Below, piece by piece: positions 37,872-47,664 of a DNA stretch of 64,000 nucleotides. The translations under genes and the position numbers were made by a program. The notes below the pieces were generated by a model. It made no database searches. It was given only the letters and a program-made list of their open reading frames with translations, and was not told where the DNA came from. This DNA is from an uncultured delta proteobacterium (lineage in GTDB: Bacteria; Desulfobacterota; Desulfobacteria; Desulfobacterales; B30-G6), in NCBI GenBank assembly GCA_963823335.1, contig CAWGLD010000001.1:32001-96000 (forward strand), written 5' to 3'. The first letter of the stretch is position 1. The number at the start of each line of letters is the position of its first letter.

Positions 37872-39329
37872 TTATTTCTTCCAGAAAGATGGGTAAAATA
37901 TCACCAGTGCCGAGAACATCTCCAGCCTCCCCACCAGCATGTTCCAGGACAAGAACCACTTCCCAAAAGCGGAGATGTGGGCATAGTTTTCAGAGGGGCC
38001 GATGGTGCCGAATCCCGGGCCGATATTCATCAGTGTGGCGATAACGGAACTCATGCCGGTGACATAGTCCATGTCGTCAACCAGCACCATCACGCACCCA
38101 CCGCCGAAGATAAGAAAGATATTGACAATAAAATAGCATATGGCCAGGTCGATAATGAGCCGGTCGATGGGACGGCCGTTCAGGCGGACCGTGACCACCG
38201 ACATGGGTTGAAAAAATATTTTTTTAATGGATGCCACCATGTATTTCCAGACGATGACATAATGAACCACTTTGATGCCACTGGTGGTCGATCCGGCGCA
38301 GGCGCCGATAAAACACGATGCATAGAGAAACATTTGGGCGGCCTGGGGCCATTTTTCATAATCGGCGGTGGTGAACCCGGTGGTGGTCAGCAGCGACATG
38401 ATCTGAAAAGTGCCGTATCGAATGGAATCCCCCAGGCTTCCGTAGGTGTTTTCCTTCCACAAGATCCATGCCACCATACCGCAGAAAAAGAGCAAAAAAC
38501 CCACGTACCAGCGGAATTCGGTATTTATCCTGATAACCTTCCATTCCCCTTTGACCATATGGTAGAACAGCATAAAGGTCATACCGCCAAAGAACATGAA
38601 CAGAGTAATCACCCAGTCAAAATAAGCGCTGTCATAATGTCCGATACTTGCGTTTTTGGGCGAATAACCCGATGTCGATACGGTCCCGAAGGAATGGCAC
38701 AAAGAATCAAACAGGGACATGCCGCCGAAACACAACAAGGCCGTTTCCAGGACATTCAAGGTCAGGTAGATGCCCCAGAGCCAGATCATGGTATCCCGGT
38801 TGCGGGGCATGAATTTTTCCTTGGTAATCACCTGTCCGGGGCTCGACTCGGCACGAAAAATACGCACCCCGCCCATGCCATGCGGAAGAAAAATAACGGT
38901 CAGGGTCAAAAACCCCATGCCGCCCAACAAATGGGTCTGGCTGCGCCAGAACAACAATCCATGCGGAACAATTTCAATATCCCTGAGAATCGTCGCACCA
39001 CTGGTGGTATACCCGGACATCATTTCAAAAAAAGCATCGGTAAATGAGGGGATTGAACCGTGAAACATGAAAGGCAGTCCCGACACTGCAGAAATCAGGA
39101 CCCATCCAAACACGGCAATGAAAAAGCCGTCTTTGATGTTCAGTTCATGGTGTCTTCGAAAAAACCACCACAGGGGTAAGCCAAATAAAAAGGTGATAAT
39201 CCCGGAAATAAAAATGGAAAACAGATCGTTCTCCCTGTAATAAATAGAACAGGCCAATGGCAATACCATGGAACAGCCCGTAACGATCAACAGTTTTCCC
39301 AGGACATTTGCGATGGATGCATAATTCAT
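37872..39329 (-). CDS. trkH: Trk potassium uptake membrane subunit
   Basis: FFEMMSGYTTSGAT, LGGMG, STSGYS, TTTGF, GSTTSGIK, NIGPG, GRLE. Confidence 0.93.
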   Translation of the reverse strand: MNYASIANVLGKLLIVTGCSMVLPLACSIYYRENDLFSIFISGIITFLFGLPLWWFFRRHHELNIKDGFFIAVFGWVLISAVSGLPFMFHGSIPSFTDAFFEMMSGYTTSGATILRDIEIVPHGLLFWRSQTHLLGGMGFLTLTVIFLPHGMGGVRIFRAESSPGQVITKEKFMPRNRDTMIWLWGIYLTLNVLETALLCFGGMSLFDSLCHSFGTVSTSGYSPKNASIGHYDSAYFDWVITLFMFFGGMTFMLFYHMVKGEWKVIRINTEFRWYVGFLLFFCGMVAWILWKENTYGSLGDSIRYGTFQIMSLLTTTGFTTADYEKWPQAAQMFLYASCFIGACAGSTTSGIKVVHYVIVWKYMVASIKKIFFQPMSVVTVRLNGRPIDRLIIDLAICYFIVNIFLIFGGGCVMVLVDDMDYVTGMSSVIATLMNIGPGFGTIGPSENYAHISAFGKWFLSWNMLVGRLEMFSALVIFYPSFWKK

Positions 39330-39612
39330 AAGCGGCTCAACAGACTCTTGTAAACAGTCTCTCTGTTTTACATGAAAATAAATATAAAATCATCATTTAT
39401 GTGATTATTGGGGCGATAAACTGGGTTGATGTTGCCAGAAGGGACGGGGATGATCAAGACTGAAAAGAGGCGGTTTCCTGGTTCAGACTCTCGAAATCAC
39501 GCAATCAAATGGCTTTAATGGTCAATATCGAAAAAAAAAGGCCCCTGCCTTGACTTTACGGGTTTTATTCCCCATGTTACTGAAAATACGTTTGTAACCA
39601 AAGGAGTTTGCA

Positions 39613-40122
39613 ATGCAGAGAGTCGAAAATGGTTTGTTTGTAAGTGTCGATTATACGGGAACGCTGGAAAATGGCGAGGTGTTTGACTCCAGCAAAGACC
39701 GTGAACCCCTCGAAGTTCACATGGGTGCCGGCAACATGATCCCCGGGTTTGAATCGGCCCTCATGGGTATGTCCCTCAACGAGAGCAAAACCTTTACCCT
39801 TGCACCTGAAGAAGCCTACGGGGAGCGTGACGACAGTCGCACATATGCTTTCCCCAAATCCGATATTCCTCCGGAGATGAAACCGGAGGTGGGCCAGATC
39901 CTGGCATTGACCAATCCAGACGGGCAACAGATCCCTGCCCGGGTGGATCGGATAGATGATGAAACCGTGAGTTTTGATCTCAACCACCCCCTGGCCGGGG
40001 AATCGCTTACCTTTACAGTGGAAGTGCTGGGCATCAACGAAACCAAGGTTCAACAAAACCAGGGCTGCGGTTGCAGTTCCTCATCCGGTGGCTGTGGTTG
40101 CGGTGATTCCGGCTGCTGCTGA
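39613..40122 (+). CDS. slyD: FKBP-type peptidyl-prolyl isomerase, SlyD-like, Cys-rich tail
   Basis: VFDSS, MIPGFE, PEEAYG, DLNHPLAG. Confidence 0.88.
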   Translation: MQRVENGLFVSVDYTGTLENGEVFDSSKDREPLEVHMGAGNMIPGFESALMGMSLNESKTFTLAPEEAYGERDDSRTYAFPKSDIPPEMKPEVGQILALTNPDGQQIPARVDRIDDETVSFDLNHPLAGESLTFTVEVLGINETKVQQNQGCGCSSSSGGCGCGDSGCC

Positions 40123-40134
40123 TGGAGAGCGCGT

Positions 40135-41250
40135 ATGAATACGTTTTTTCTTCGTTATCTATTTACGATGGGGATCTTTCTTTGCCTGGCAAATCCCCCG
40201 AGCACCCTCGCCGACGCAAACGTATCGGCTGACTACCCGTCCCTTATGTCGTCTCTGAAGATAGACGATGCGCATGACTTTTGTGATGAAGAAGTCCCCA
40301 TCAACAACCAGGAAGTCCGGGAACGATTTGAAAAAGAGCTTTTGCTTTCCCTCTGGGATCGACCACAGGTAATTCTCTGGTTGAAACGATCCCATCGCTA
40401 TCTTCCCCACATTGAAAAAATACTGCAAGAAAACGGGATGCCGGATGACCTCAAATATATCGCTGTGGCTGAGAGCGCCTTGCGACCCCATGTAGGTTCA
40501 AAGAGGGGAGCCATCGGATTCTGGCAATTTACAGCCGCCACCGGTCGGAAATATGGACTGGTCGTCGACGAACATGTGGATCAGCGCCGAAACATTTTTG
40601 CCTCAACAGCGGCCGCCATTCAATACTTGAAACAACTTCACCAAGACTTTGGTTCGTGGACCCTTGCCGCTGCCGCATACAATATGGGCGAAGGTGGTCT
40701 CATGGCCGAAATAATGGAGCAGGGCACGAATAACTATTACCTGCTGTATCTCCCTCTTGAAACACAGCAATATCTCTTTCGTCTTCTTTCGGTAAAGCTG
40801 ATTTTTTCAGATCCGGAAAGCTACGGTTTCAGACTGACAAAAAAAGACACGTATCCACCGTTGTCCTTTGATCAGGTTCAGGTGGCCTGCTCCCAGGAGA
40901 TCCCTATCCGGATTGTTGCTCAGGCAGCCAAGACACATTTCAAGACGATCAAGGATCTGAATCCTGAAATTCGGGGTCACTATCTTACCGAGGGAAAACA
41001 TACCATTCTGATACCCAGCGGGGCTTCAATGGGTTTTCAAGAGCGCTATATAAACCTTGAAAATAAATATTCAGCAACCCGGGAGGAAAGAATATATATC
41101 GTCAAAGAAGGGGACAATCTTTCTATAATTGCCGACAGGTTCGGTATCCCACTGGCAGCCCTCATTATCTGGAACCGCATTGATTTCCAGCGTCCTATCC
41201 ATCCGGGCGATCGTCTGATTGTCAATCGAGACACCATGCAACCCGAGTAG
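40135..41250 (+). CDS. Lytic transglycosylase (MltD-like) with LysM
   Basis: AVAESA, GFWQF, AAYNMGEG, C-terminal YIVKEGDNLSIIA. Confidence 0.9.
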   Translation: MNTFFLRYLFTMGIFLCLANPPSTLADANVSADYPSLMSSLKIDDAHDFCDEEVPINNQEVRERFEKELLLSLWDRPQVILWLKRSHRYLPHIEKILQENGMPDDLKYIAVAESALRPHVGSKRGAIGFWQFTAATGRKYGLVVDEHVDQRRNIFASTAAAIQYLKQLHQDFGSWTLAAAAYNMGEGGLMAEIMEQGTNNYYLLYLPLETQQYLFRLLSVKLIFSDPESYGFRLTKKDTYPPLSFDQVQVACSQEIPIRIVAQAAKTHFKTIKDLNPEIRGHYLTEGKHTILIPSGASMGFQERYINLENKYSATREERIYIVKEGDNLSIIADRFGIPLAALIIWNRIDFQRPIHPGDRLIVNRDTMQPE

Positions 41251-41284
41251 ATATCCGGAATAGACCGTAAAGGGCATGTTGAAA

Positions 41285-42556
41285 TCACTGACAGCAGAAT
41301 GACAGTGTTTTGAGTGCTCCGGTCAAGACAGACACCCCTTTTTCAATATCATCCCACTCGGTCCACTCCATGGGTGCATGGCTGATGCCCTTGACACTCG
41401 GCACGAAGATCATCCCTGTTCTGGCAATTGAGGCCATGTTCTGGGTGTCATGACCCGCACCACTTACCATCCGCTTGGATCTGACACCCGCCTGAACCGC
41501 TGCTTTTTCAATTACGCGAATAATCTCTTCTGACAGCTTGACAGGCGGTTGCAGATGTGGAGATTCAACGTGTACATCAATGCCATTTTCCTGTTTCAAC
41601 CCCTTTAAAAAAAATACTGTTTCGTCTGTTAAGCCCTGCATATTCTCCATAGATGTAGCCCTGATGTCGAATCCCAGTTCCACCATTCCCGGTATGACGT
41701 TCATGTTATTCGGGTAAACGCTCAGATGGCCAGTGGTGCCGACAATGGGCGAATGTTGCGACCTGGCCATCTCCCGCGCCCGCCTGTTCAGGAACCTGAT
41801 CGCATCTGCCGCCGCCACCAGGGCATCCTGCCGCAAATGCATGGGCGTTGTACCGGCATGGTTTCCAATACCCGTAATAGTGGATTTCAGCCAGGTAATG
41901 CCGGTGATGTCCTCCACGATGCCCACAGAAATATCCTCGGTGTCCAGAACCGGTCCCTGCTCGATGTGCAGCTCAATAAAAGCATCAATATCGTCCACAC
42001 GATATTCAAAGTCACCTCCATAGCCCATTTTCATGAGAACTTCATGCAGCGTCAGGCCATGGGTGTTTCTGGTTGAAAGAGCCGCGTCCGTGCTCATTTT
42101 ACCGGTTAAGACAGCACTACCCAGCATGGCGCCGACCACAAAGGCCGATCCTTCTTCCCCTGTGAATGCTGCCACTTCAATGGGACGCTGGTTATCAAAT
42201 TTTTCATCCCGCAATCGTCGAACTGCTTCAATACCGGAAAAAACACCCAGGGCGCCGTCCAGATGACCACCATTTATCACACTGTCCAGATGGGAACCGA
42301 CCATAACAGCTTTTTCATGGTTTCTGGAACCATCCTTTCTCCCAAAAATATTACCCACACGATCGATCCGGACTGAAAGACCGGCGGCCTGCATACATTG
42401 GACCGTGAAATCGCGCAAAATCTTGTTTGCAGATGACCCCTCAGGTCGCGAAACCCCTATTTTAGGGTCCAGCTGCCCATAGGATCCAACAAAGCGCTTC
42501 GGCACCCGGCCCATTGCGCTGGTCCTGATCAAATCATCCTTGAGTCTGTTTATCAC
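41285..42556 (-). CDS. M20 family Zn hydrolase (allantoate amidohydrolase / N-carbamoylase type)
   Basis: GSHLDSV, DGALGV, EEG, ELHIEQGP, NHAGTTPM, SGAGHD, GISH. Confidence 0.92.
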   Translation of the reverse strand: MINRLKDDLIRTSAMGRVPKRFVGSYGQLDPKIGVSRPEGSSANKILRDFTVQCMQAAGLSVRIDRVGNIFGRKDGSRNHEKAVMVGSHLDSVINGGHLDGALGVFSGIEAVRRLRDEKFDNQRPIEVAAFTGEEGSAFVVGAMLGSAVLTGKMSTDAALSTRNTHGLTLHEVLMKMGYGGDFEYRVDDIDAFIELHIEQGPVLDTEDISVGIVEDITGITWLKSTITGIGNHAGTTPMHLRQDALVAAADAIRFLNRRAREMARSQHSPIVGTTGHLSVYPNNMNVIPGMVELGFDIRATSMENMQGLTDETVFFLKGLKQENGIDVHVESPHLQPPVKLSEEIIRVIEKAAVQAGVRSKRMVSGAGHDTQNMASIARTGMIFVPSVKGISHAPMEWTEWDDIEKGVSVLTGALKTLSFCCQ

Positions 42557-42572
42557 CGTCTTTGCCTTAAGT

Positions 42573-42844
42573 TTAGGGGACGCTCCTTCATTTATAAGTT
42601 ACTATTCATCCGTCAGTACATTTGCATCATCTTGCCATGCCCTTTCCTTTTTACCCAAAACAACTGAATGTCCGCAAAAAGGGTATCTATCCAGCAGCGC
42701 AACTTCCGCAACGTGTCCTGTCCTGATCGGATTAATATGATGAAGAGCGCCGGGAGCATCGATACATGCGATGCGTGACATAAAATGTTCCCTAACACAT
42801 TCCTTGTTAAAAACAAAACTTATAAAATAAAGAGCGTCCCCTAA
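42573..42844. mobile_element. Inverted-repeat-bounded element with an internally deleted Y1 (RAYT-like) transposase
   Basis: 28-bp inverted ends, 25/28 identical (TTAGGGGACGCTC...); minus ORF 42602-42781 MSRIACIDAPGALHHI|NPIRTG...LDRYPFCGH. Confidence 0.75.
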
Positions 42845-43072
42845 TTTCTTCTTGACACCTGCGGGTAACATAACCATCTTCTAATGGTCGCTAAAGGCAA
42901 AAAGCAGGTGGCTTTCTTTTTTCCGCAGCGCGGAAAAGAATCAGGAGACGGCATGCGGTTTGTAGGGCGACATACAAAATAGAAATGAAACCGTGTTAAC
43001 GGAAACGCCCCTTCTTTTCAGCGGGGCTGTCAAGGCAAGAAAAGCTACTGGCTTTTTTTAAAAGAAGGGTAA

Positions 43073-44635
43073 ATGCAAAATATTCTACAAAAAGTGCTCA
43101 ATAAATTTAAAAAAACACCCAAAGTACCAACGGAAGAAAAAGTCAGCCCACCAAAGAAATTACCGCGGTCCAAACGTACCACCACCGATTCAAAGTCCAG
43201 CCCCCCCAAACCAGAACAAAAAAGTCGTTCCCATCATCGACGACCCACTCGCAAAAAAAAAGGACCAGACCCCCGGACCGGCAGTTCATCGAGCGATACC
43301 TTAGACACCTCCTTGACAGAAAAGTGGGATATATCCAAATTCAAGGTTGAACCGCTCGAAGGCAATACCCGGTTTCACGAATTCGATCTACCTACCCCGT
43401 TGTTTCATGCTATTTTCGATCTGGGATTTCAGTATTGTACGCCTATTCAGGCCGAGATTCTTCCAAGCACTCTGTCCGGCAAGGATGCCACCGGTCGGGC
43501 CCAGACAGGTACGGGCAAAACAGCCGCTTTTTTGATCACCGTTATCACCCGGATGCTGAACATCCCCATTCAGGGCAAACGTAAACCGGGCACGCCCAGA
43601 GTCCTGATCATCGCTCCCACACGGGAACTGGTACTCCAGATCTCCGAGGAGGCGCGCCAGCTTGCCAAGTATAGTGCCTTGAACATCGTGTCTGTCTTCG
43701 GCGGTATGGATTACGAAAAGCAGAAAAGACAGCTGACCAATGCCGTGGTAGACATCATCGTAGCCACACCTGGAAGACTGTTGGACTTTCAACGGCGGGG
43801 CGACCTCAACCTGAAAAATGTTGAGGTAATGATCATCGACGAGGCTGACCGGATGCTTGATATGGGATTTATTCCGGACGTACGCAAAATCATCTACAGC
43901 ACACCCAAAAAAGATAAGCGCCAGACACTGCTTTTCAGCGCGACCCTGACCAGGGAAGTCATCCACCTGGCCGAGCAGTGGACCCGGGACCCTGTCACCA
44001 TTGAAATCGAACCGGAACAGATTGCGGTGGATTCAGTGGACCAGATCGTCTACCTGGTGACCCTCAGCGAAAAGTTTGCGCTGCTGTTCAACATTATTTC
44101 AAAACAGAACCTGGCCCGGGTGCTCATCTTTTGCAACAGGCGTGATGAAGTCAGACGGTTGACGGAAATGCTGACCCGCTACGGGATCAACTGCGCCGAG
44201 CTTTCCGGTGATGTTCCCCAGAACAAGCGGATTCGTCGTCTGAATGATTTTAAGAACAAAAAAATACGGGCCCTGGTGGCAACCGATGTGGCTGGACGCG
44301 GTATTCATATCGAAGGCATGGATCATGTCATCAACTACACCTTGCCACGCGACCCGGAAGATTACGTACACCGTATCGGGCGTACCGGCCGTGCCGGTTC
44401 GGCAGGTACTTCTGTCAGTTTCGCTGACGAGGAGGACGCTTTCTATCTTCCCCCCATCGAGAAGTTCATGGGCCGCGAACTGAACTGTATCCAGCCGGAG
44501 GATGAATGGCTCATAAAACCAGTGCCGGTTCATGCCAAGAAAAAATACAAGCCAGGCCCTGCAAAAAAAACCACTACCGGCACCAGGCGTAGATACAAAC
44601 CCAGACGAAAACAAGCACGGCCCGCAAAAAGATAA
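43073..44635 (+). CDS. rhlB: DEAD-box RNA helicase, RhlB-like
   Basis: [38 protein letters not shown]. Confidence 0.9.
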   Translation: MQNILQKVLNKFKKTPKVPTEEKVSPPKKLPRSKRTTTDSKSSPPKPEQKSRSHHRRPTRKKKGPDPRTGSSSSDTLDTSLTEKWDISKFKVEPLEGNTRFHEFDLPTPLFHAIFDLGFQYCTPIQAEILPSTLSGKDATGRAQTGTGKTAAFLITVITRMLNIPIQGKRKPGTPRVLIIAPTRELVLQISEEARQLAKYSALNIVSVFGGMDYEKQKRQLTNAVVDIIVATPGRLLDFQRRGDLNLKNVEVMIIDEADRMLDMGFIPDVRKIIYSTPKKDKRQTLLFSATLTREVIHLAEQWTRDPVTIEIEPEQIAVDSVDQIVYLVTLSEKFALLFNIISKQNLARVLIFCNRRDEVRRLTEMLTRYGINCAELSGDVPQNKRIRRLNDFKNKKIRALVATDVAGRGIHIEGMDHVINYTLPRDPEDYVHRIGRTGRAGSAGTSVSFADEEDAFYLPPIEKFMGRELNCIQPEDEWLIKPVPVHAKKKYKPGPAKKTTTGTRRRYKPRRKQARPAKR

Positions 44636-44685
44636 TTGTAATTTCCTTTGGATTTTTTGATGTGAAATTATTTTTGTGCGAGCCC

Positions 44686-45600
44686 TTAGGCCAACGGTGG
44701 TTGTGGCGGCGGCAGTTCTCCACGCTCCAGGGCTTTCCGGGCGGCCCTTACAGGGATACCCGCTTCACACGGCACACCCACCTGGCACAACCCGCAACCA
44801 TACCCCTCAAACTTGTAGGTTTTTTTGACATACTTTCTGGAACGATCCAGATGCTGCCGGCACTTCTCCTTGTCATGACCGGCCTCTGTGATAGCGCGTA
44901 CAGGGCAGCGATCGATACATTTACCACAAGTACCATTGGCGAAGAAGAGACAATAAGCACGGTGGTCGGTATAGGGTCGCGGGGTCGGTTCGATGCCTAT
45001 TTTGACCACCACCGACCCCACCCGCATGGCCTTACCTTTTGCGGTAATGAGCCCGTCACATAGCCCGAACGTTCCCAGACCGGCCGCATGGGCGACGTGA
45101 CGCTCAGACCAGGATGAAGCATAGGAAAACCGTAGCGATTTGACGATGGCCCAGTTGGGAACCAGCATGGGGGCGATAGCAGCATGGCCCATTTCTGAAA
45201 GACGCCCAGCCACATGCCGGCGCAGGGCCACGTTGAACGCCTCCCCATAAACCCTTATCCGGGCCCATTCTTCGGCTGGATACGTCTTGTTCCTGCGGTT
45301 CGCCTTGCGTACCGTTTCCCGCTGGGGCAGGACCCATGAAATAACGGTCAGCTCTTCAGGGCCGGCCAATTCCCCAGGACAATGCTGGTTAAAGACCTCC
45401 CAAGGGGTCCAGTGAAAAGCTCCGACATACTCCTTGTACTGCTGCCAGATCGGGTCAGCGCCCGCTGCGAACCCGACCAGGGCATCTTCCCACGCAGGTT
45501 CGTCCTTCTCGTCTTTCATGCTATTATCGGGTGATTTGCCGATGAAATCACGGATCAAACCGCGTATCCATTCTCTTGATATACGGGTATTGTTTTCCAC
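44686..45600 (-). CDS. Epoxyqueuosine reductase-like 4Fe-4S protein
   Basis: WSERHVAHAAGLGTFG, CGKCIDRCP, CGLCQVGVPC. Confidence 0.8.
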   Translation of the reverse strand: MENNTRISREWIRGLIRDFIGKSPDNSMKDEKDEPAWEDALVGFAAGADPIWQQYKEYVGAFHWTPWEVFNQHCPGELAGPEELTVISWVLPQRETVRKANRRNKTYPAEEWARIRVYGEAFNVALRRHVAGRLSEMGHAAIAPMLVPNWAIVKSLRFSYASSWSERHVAHAAGLGTFGLCDGLITAKGKAMRVGSVVVKIGIEPTPRPYTDHRAYCLFFANGTCGKCIDRCPVRAITEAGHDKEKCRQHLDRSRKYVKKTYKFEGYGCGLCQVGVPCEAGIPVRAARKALERGELPPPQPPLA

Positions 45601-45777
45601 TGAAAACCTCCTGTTTTCTTTGAGATCTGTTTATTCTTACTTTTGAACGGGTTCTGTGTAAATATCTGTCCGTTGAAGTCCCCGTCTGACAGAGTGCTTG
45701 GCTTACTGCCGGCAACCCAGGGTCCCTGCAGCCTGTTTTGTCATCCGCGCGGTCCTGGCCTCGTTACTATTCTAATA

Positions 45778-46593
45778 TCATGTCAAGTCCACGGCAGCTG
45801 TAAGTCTGTCGATAGTCCTGGAGACAAAGCCTTGATCTGTAATGACGAGCTCAATGGCCTGATTTGGGCAGGTATCCACACATCTGCCACATCCACGGCA
45901 GGAATTGCCGATATGCGCCCTTCCCTCTCGAAGCTGGATGGCACCAAGAAAACAGATATCCTGCATGCACGTTCCGCAACCGACACAGTCCTGATTGACC
46001 CGCACATCAATACCCGGCATACGCGTCAGTTTGTTACCGATGTCCGGTGTGATCCCGGGCAGCAACCGCCAGAAACAGCAGCAGGGACAGCAATTGCACA
46101 CCGTAAACAATTTTTTCCCCGGCCGAACGTTGAGCCAGACCGCATCGAGCTTGTTTCTTCCCACCAGGTGAACCAGACCCGCCTCCCGGCATTTTTGAAC
46201 GTGTTTCCTGGCCGCTGCCGCGTCCACCGGCCGACCGAACTTAGGGTTGATGTCCAAAGTGGCCTCTCCCATGAAGAGGCATCCGAGATCCTTGGGAAAG
46301 TCCCTGCAGTCGGAAGACTCCCTGCAGATGCAGAAATCCATGATCCAATGATAACCGGCATTCTCGATAATACGATCCAGGATCTGAGACGGCAGCACCA
46401 GTTCGTTCCGTCCATCCAAGCTGTGGTTGATGGGGATGGTTTTATCTTGCGGGAGGTACATGATGTCATCGTCCTTAAACAAAAGAAAATCGATGACCCG
46501 ACCGATCAAAGCGAGGTGAGACAGTCTGGCCAGCACGAAACGACCGTTAAAAGTCTTGTTGATGATTTTTTTAATTGCATATGGACTGGCCAT
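45778..46593 (-). CDS. 4Fe-4S binding protein
   Basis: CICR, CNCCPCCC, CVGCGTC, CRGCGRCVDTCP. Confidence 0.85.
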   Translation of the reverse strand: MASPYAIKKIINKTFNGRFVLARLSHLALIGRVIDFLLFKDDDIMYLPQDKTIPINHSLDGRNELVLPSQILDRIIENAGYHWIMDFCICRESSDCRDFPKDLGCLFMGEATLDINPKFGRPVDAAAARKHVQKCREAGLVHLVGRNKLDAVWLNVRPGKKLFTVCNCCPCCCFWRLLPGITPDIGNKLTRMPGIDVRVNQDCVGCGTCMQDICFLGAIQLREGRAHIGNSCRGCGRCVDTCPNQAIELVITDQGFVSRTIDRLTAAVDLT

Positions 46594-46835
46594 GTAGACG
46601 TCACCTTTTCGCCATGCAGCATGAATATAATATCTTTACATGAGTACTACACCCCGGCTTTTTGTTGCAAATCATTTCAGCATATGATGGAAATAGTTTA
46701 CCACAGAAGAGTACTGGCACTTTTTCCCGACATTTTTCCCGTTTTTATGGAAAAGCCGGATTGCCTGTGACTTTTCCCTGTAAAACAAAATAGTCACCCT
46801 GGACAGCCGTAAGACACACCGCAAAGGAGACCAGT

Positions 46836-46982
46836 GTGGACGCTTTGGATTTCAATCCCGCCATCTGCGCATCCTGCGATACCTGTGACTGCCTCATGAG
46901 GTGCCAGCACATGACATCCGATCTGGATGAACGCATTCCGGTCCGGGAAATTTCGGAAATCGTCAACAGAAGGCTGGGGTAA
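46836..46982 (+). pseudogene. Truncated Fe-S protein remnant, 48 aa
   Basis: AAGGAG RBS, GTG start, DALDFNPAICASCDTCDCLMRCQHM then early stop. Confidence 0.5.
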
Positions 46983-47148
46983 TTATGGTTTCAGACCGCT
47001 GCAGTGTGTCACGTCGAACAGCCGGCCGCATGTTTGATAAAATGATGGACACACCTGAGAATTTAAGCCATGATGAGGACATGCCCATGGCCGCAAACGG
47101 GTTTCTCGAAACATATCCCAATACAGTCTGAAACAAAAGGGGGATGAC

Positions 47149-47619
47149 ATGAAAGGACTCACTGCAAAACATGTAATGAATTCCAAGGTACTGACTGCTG
47201 AACCTGACTGGTCTGTCAGTCGTCTGGCCGCGTTTTTTATGGAAAACTGTATTTCAGGAGCGCCGGTAGAATCCGACACGGGGACTCCCATCGGCGTGGT
47301 GTCTCTGACCGACATCGTTCACCACGAGACCCAACCCGAAAAGAATGGCGAATGGCCTCATGACTACTACCTGCATACGCTCAATCGCCAGTATGCCAGG
47401 CAGGAAGCAGAAGGTTTCCGTATCCAGGCAGAACCCTTCACCACGGTCCGGGACATCATGACACCCACAATCTTCCAGGTTTCAGAAGATACGCCCGTGC
47501 AGCAAGTCGCCGGTATGATGATTAAAAACTATATCCACCGGGTCATTGTGCTCCGGGATGGAAAGGTCGTGGGCATCATCTCAACCCCTGATATGCTCAA
47601 GATCATCAGGGACATGTGA
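47149..47619 (+). CDS. CBS domain pair protein
   Basis: AKHVM, ISGAPV, GVVSLTD, VRDIMT, IHRVIV, GIIS. Confidence 0.9.
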   Translation: MKGLTAKHVMNSKVLTAEPDWSVSRLAAFFMENCISGAPVESDTGTPIGVVSLTDIVHHETQPEKNGEWPHDYYLHTLNRQYARQEAEGFRIQAEPFTTVRDIMTPTIFQVSEDTPVQQVAGMMIKNYIHRVIVLRDGKVVGIISTPDMLKIIRDM

Positions 47620-47664
47620 CCAGCAACGAAAGAATTTTTCGTCAAGCTTTATGAAATATTCGGG

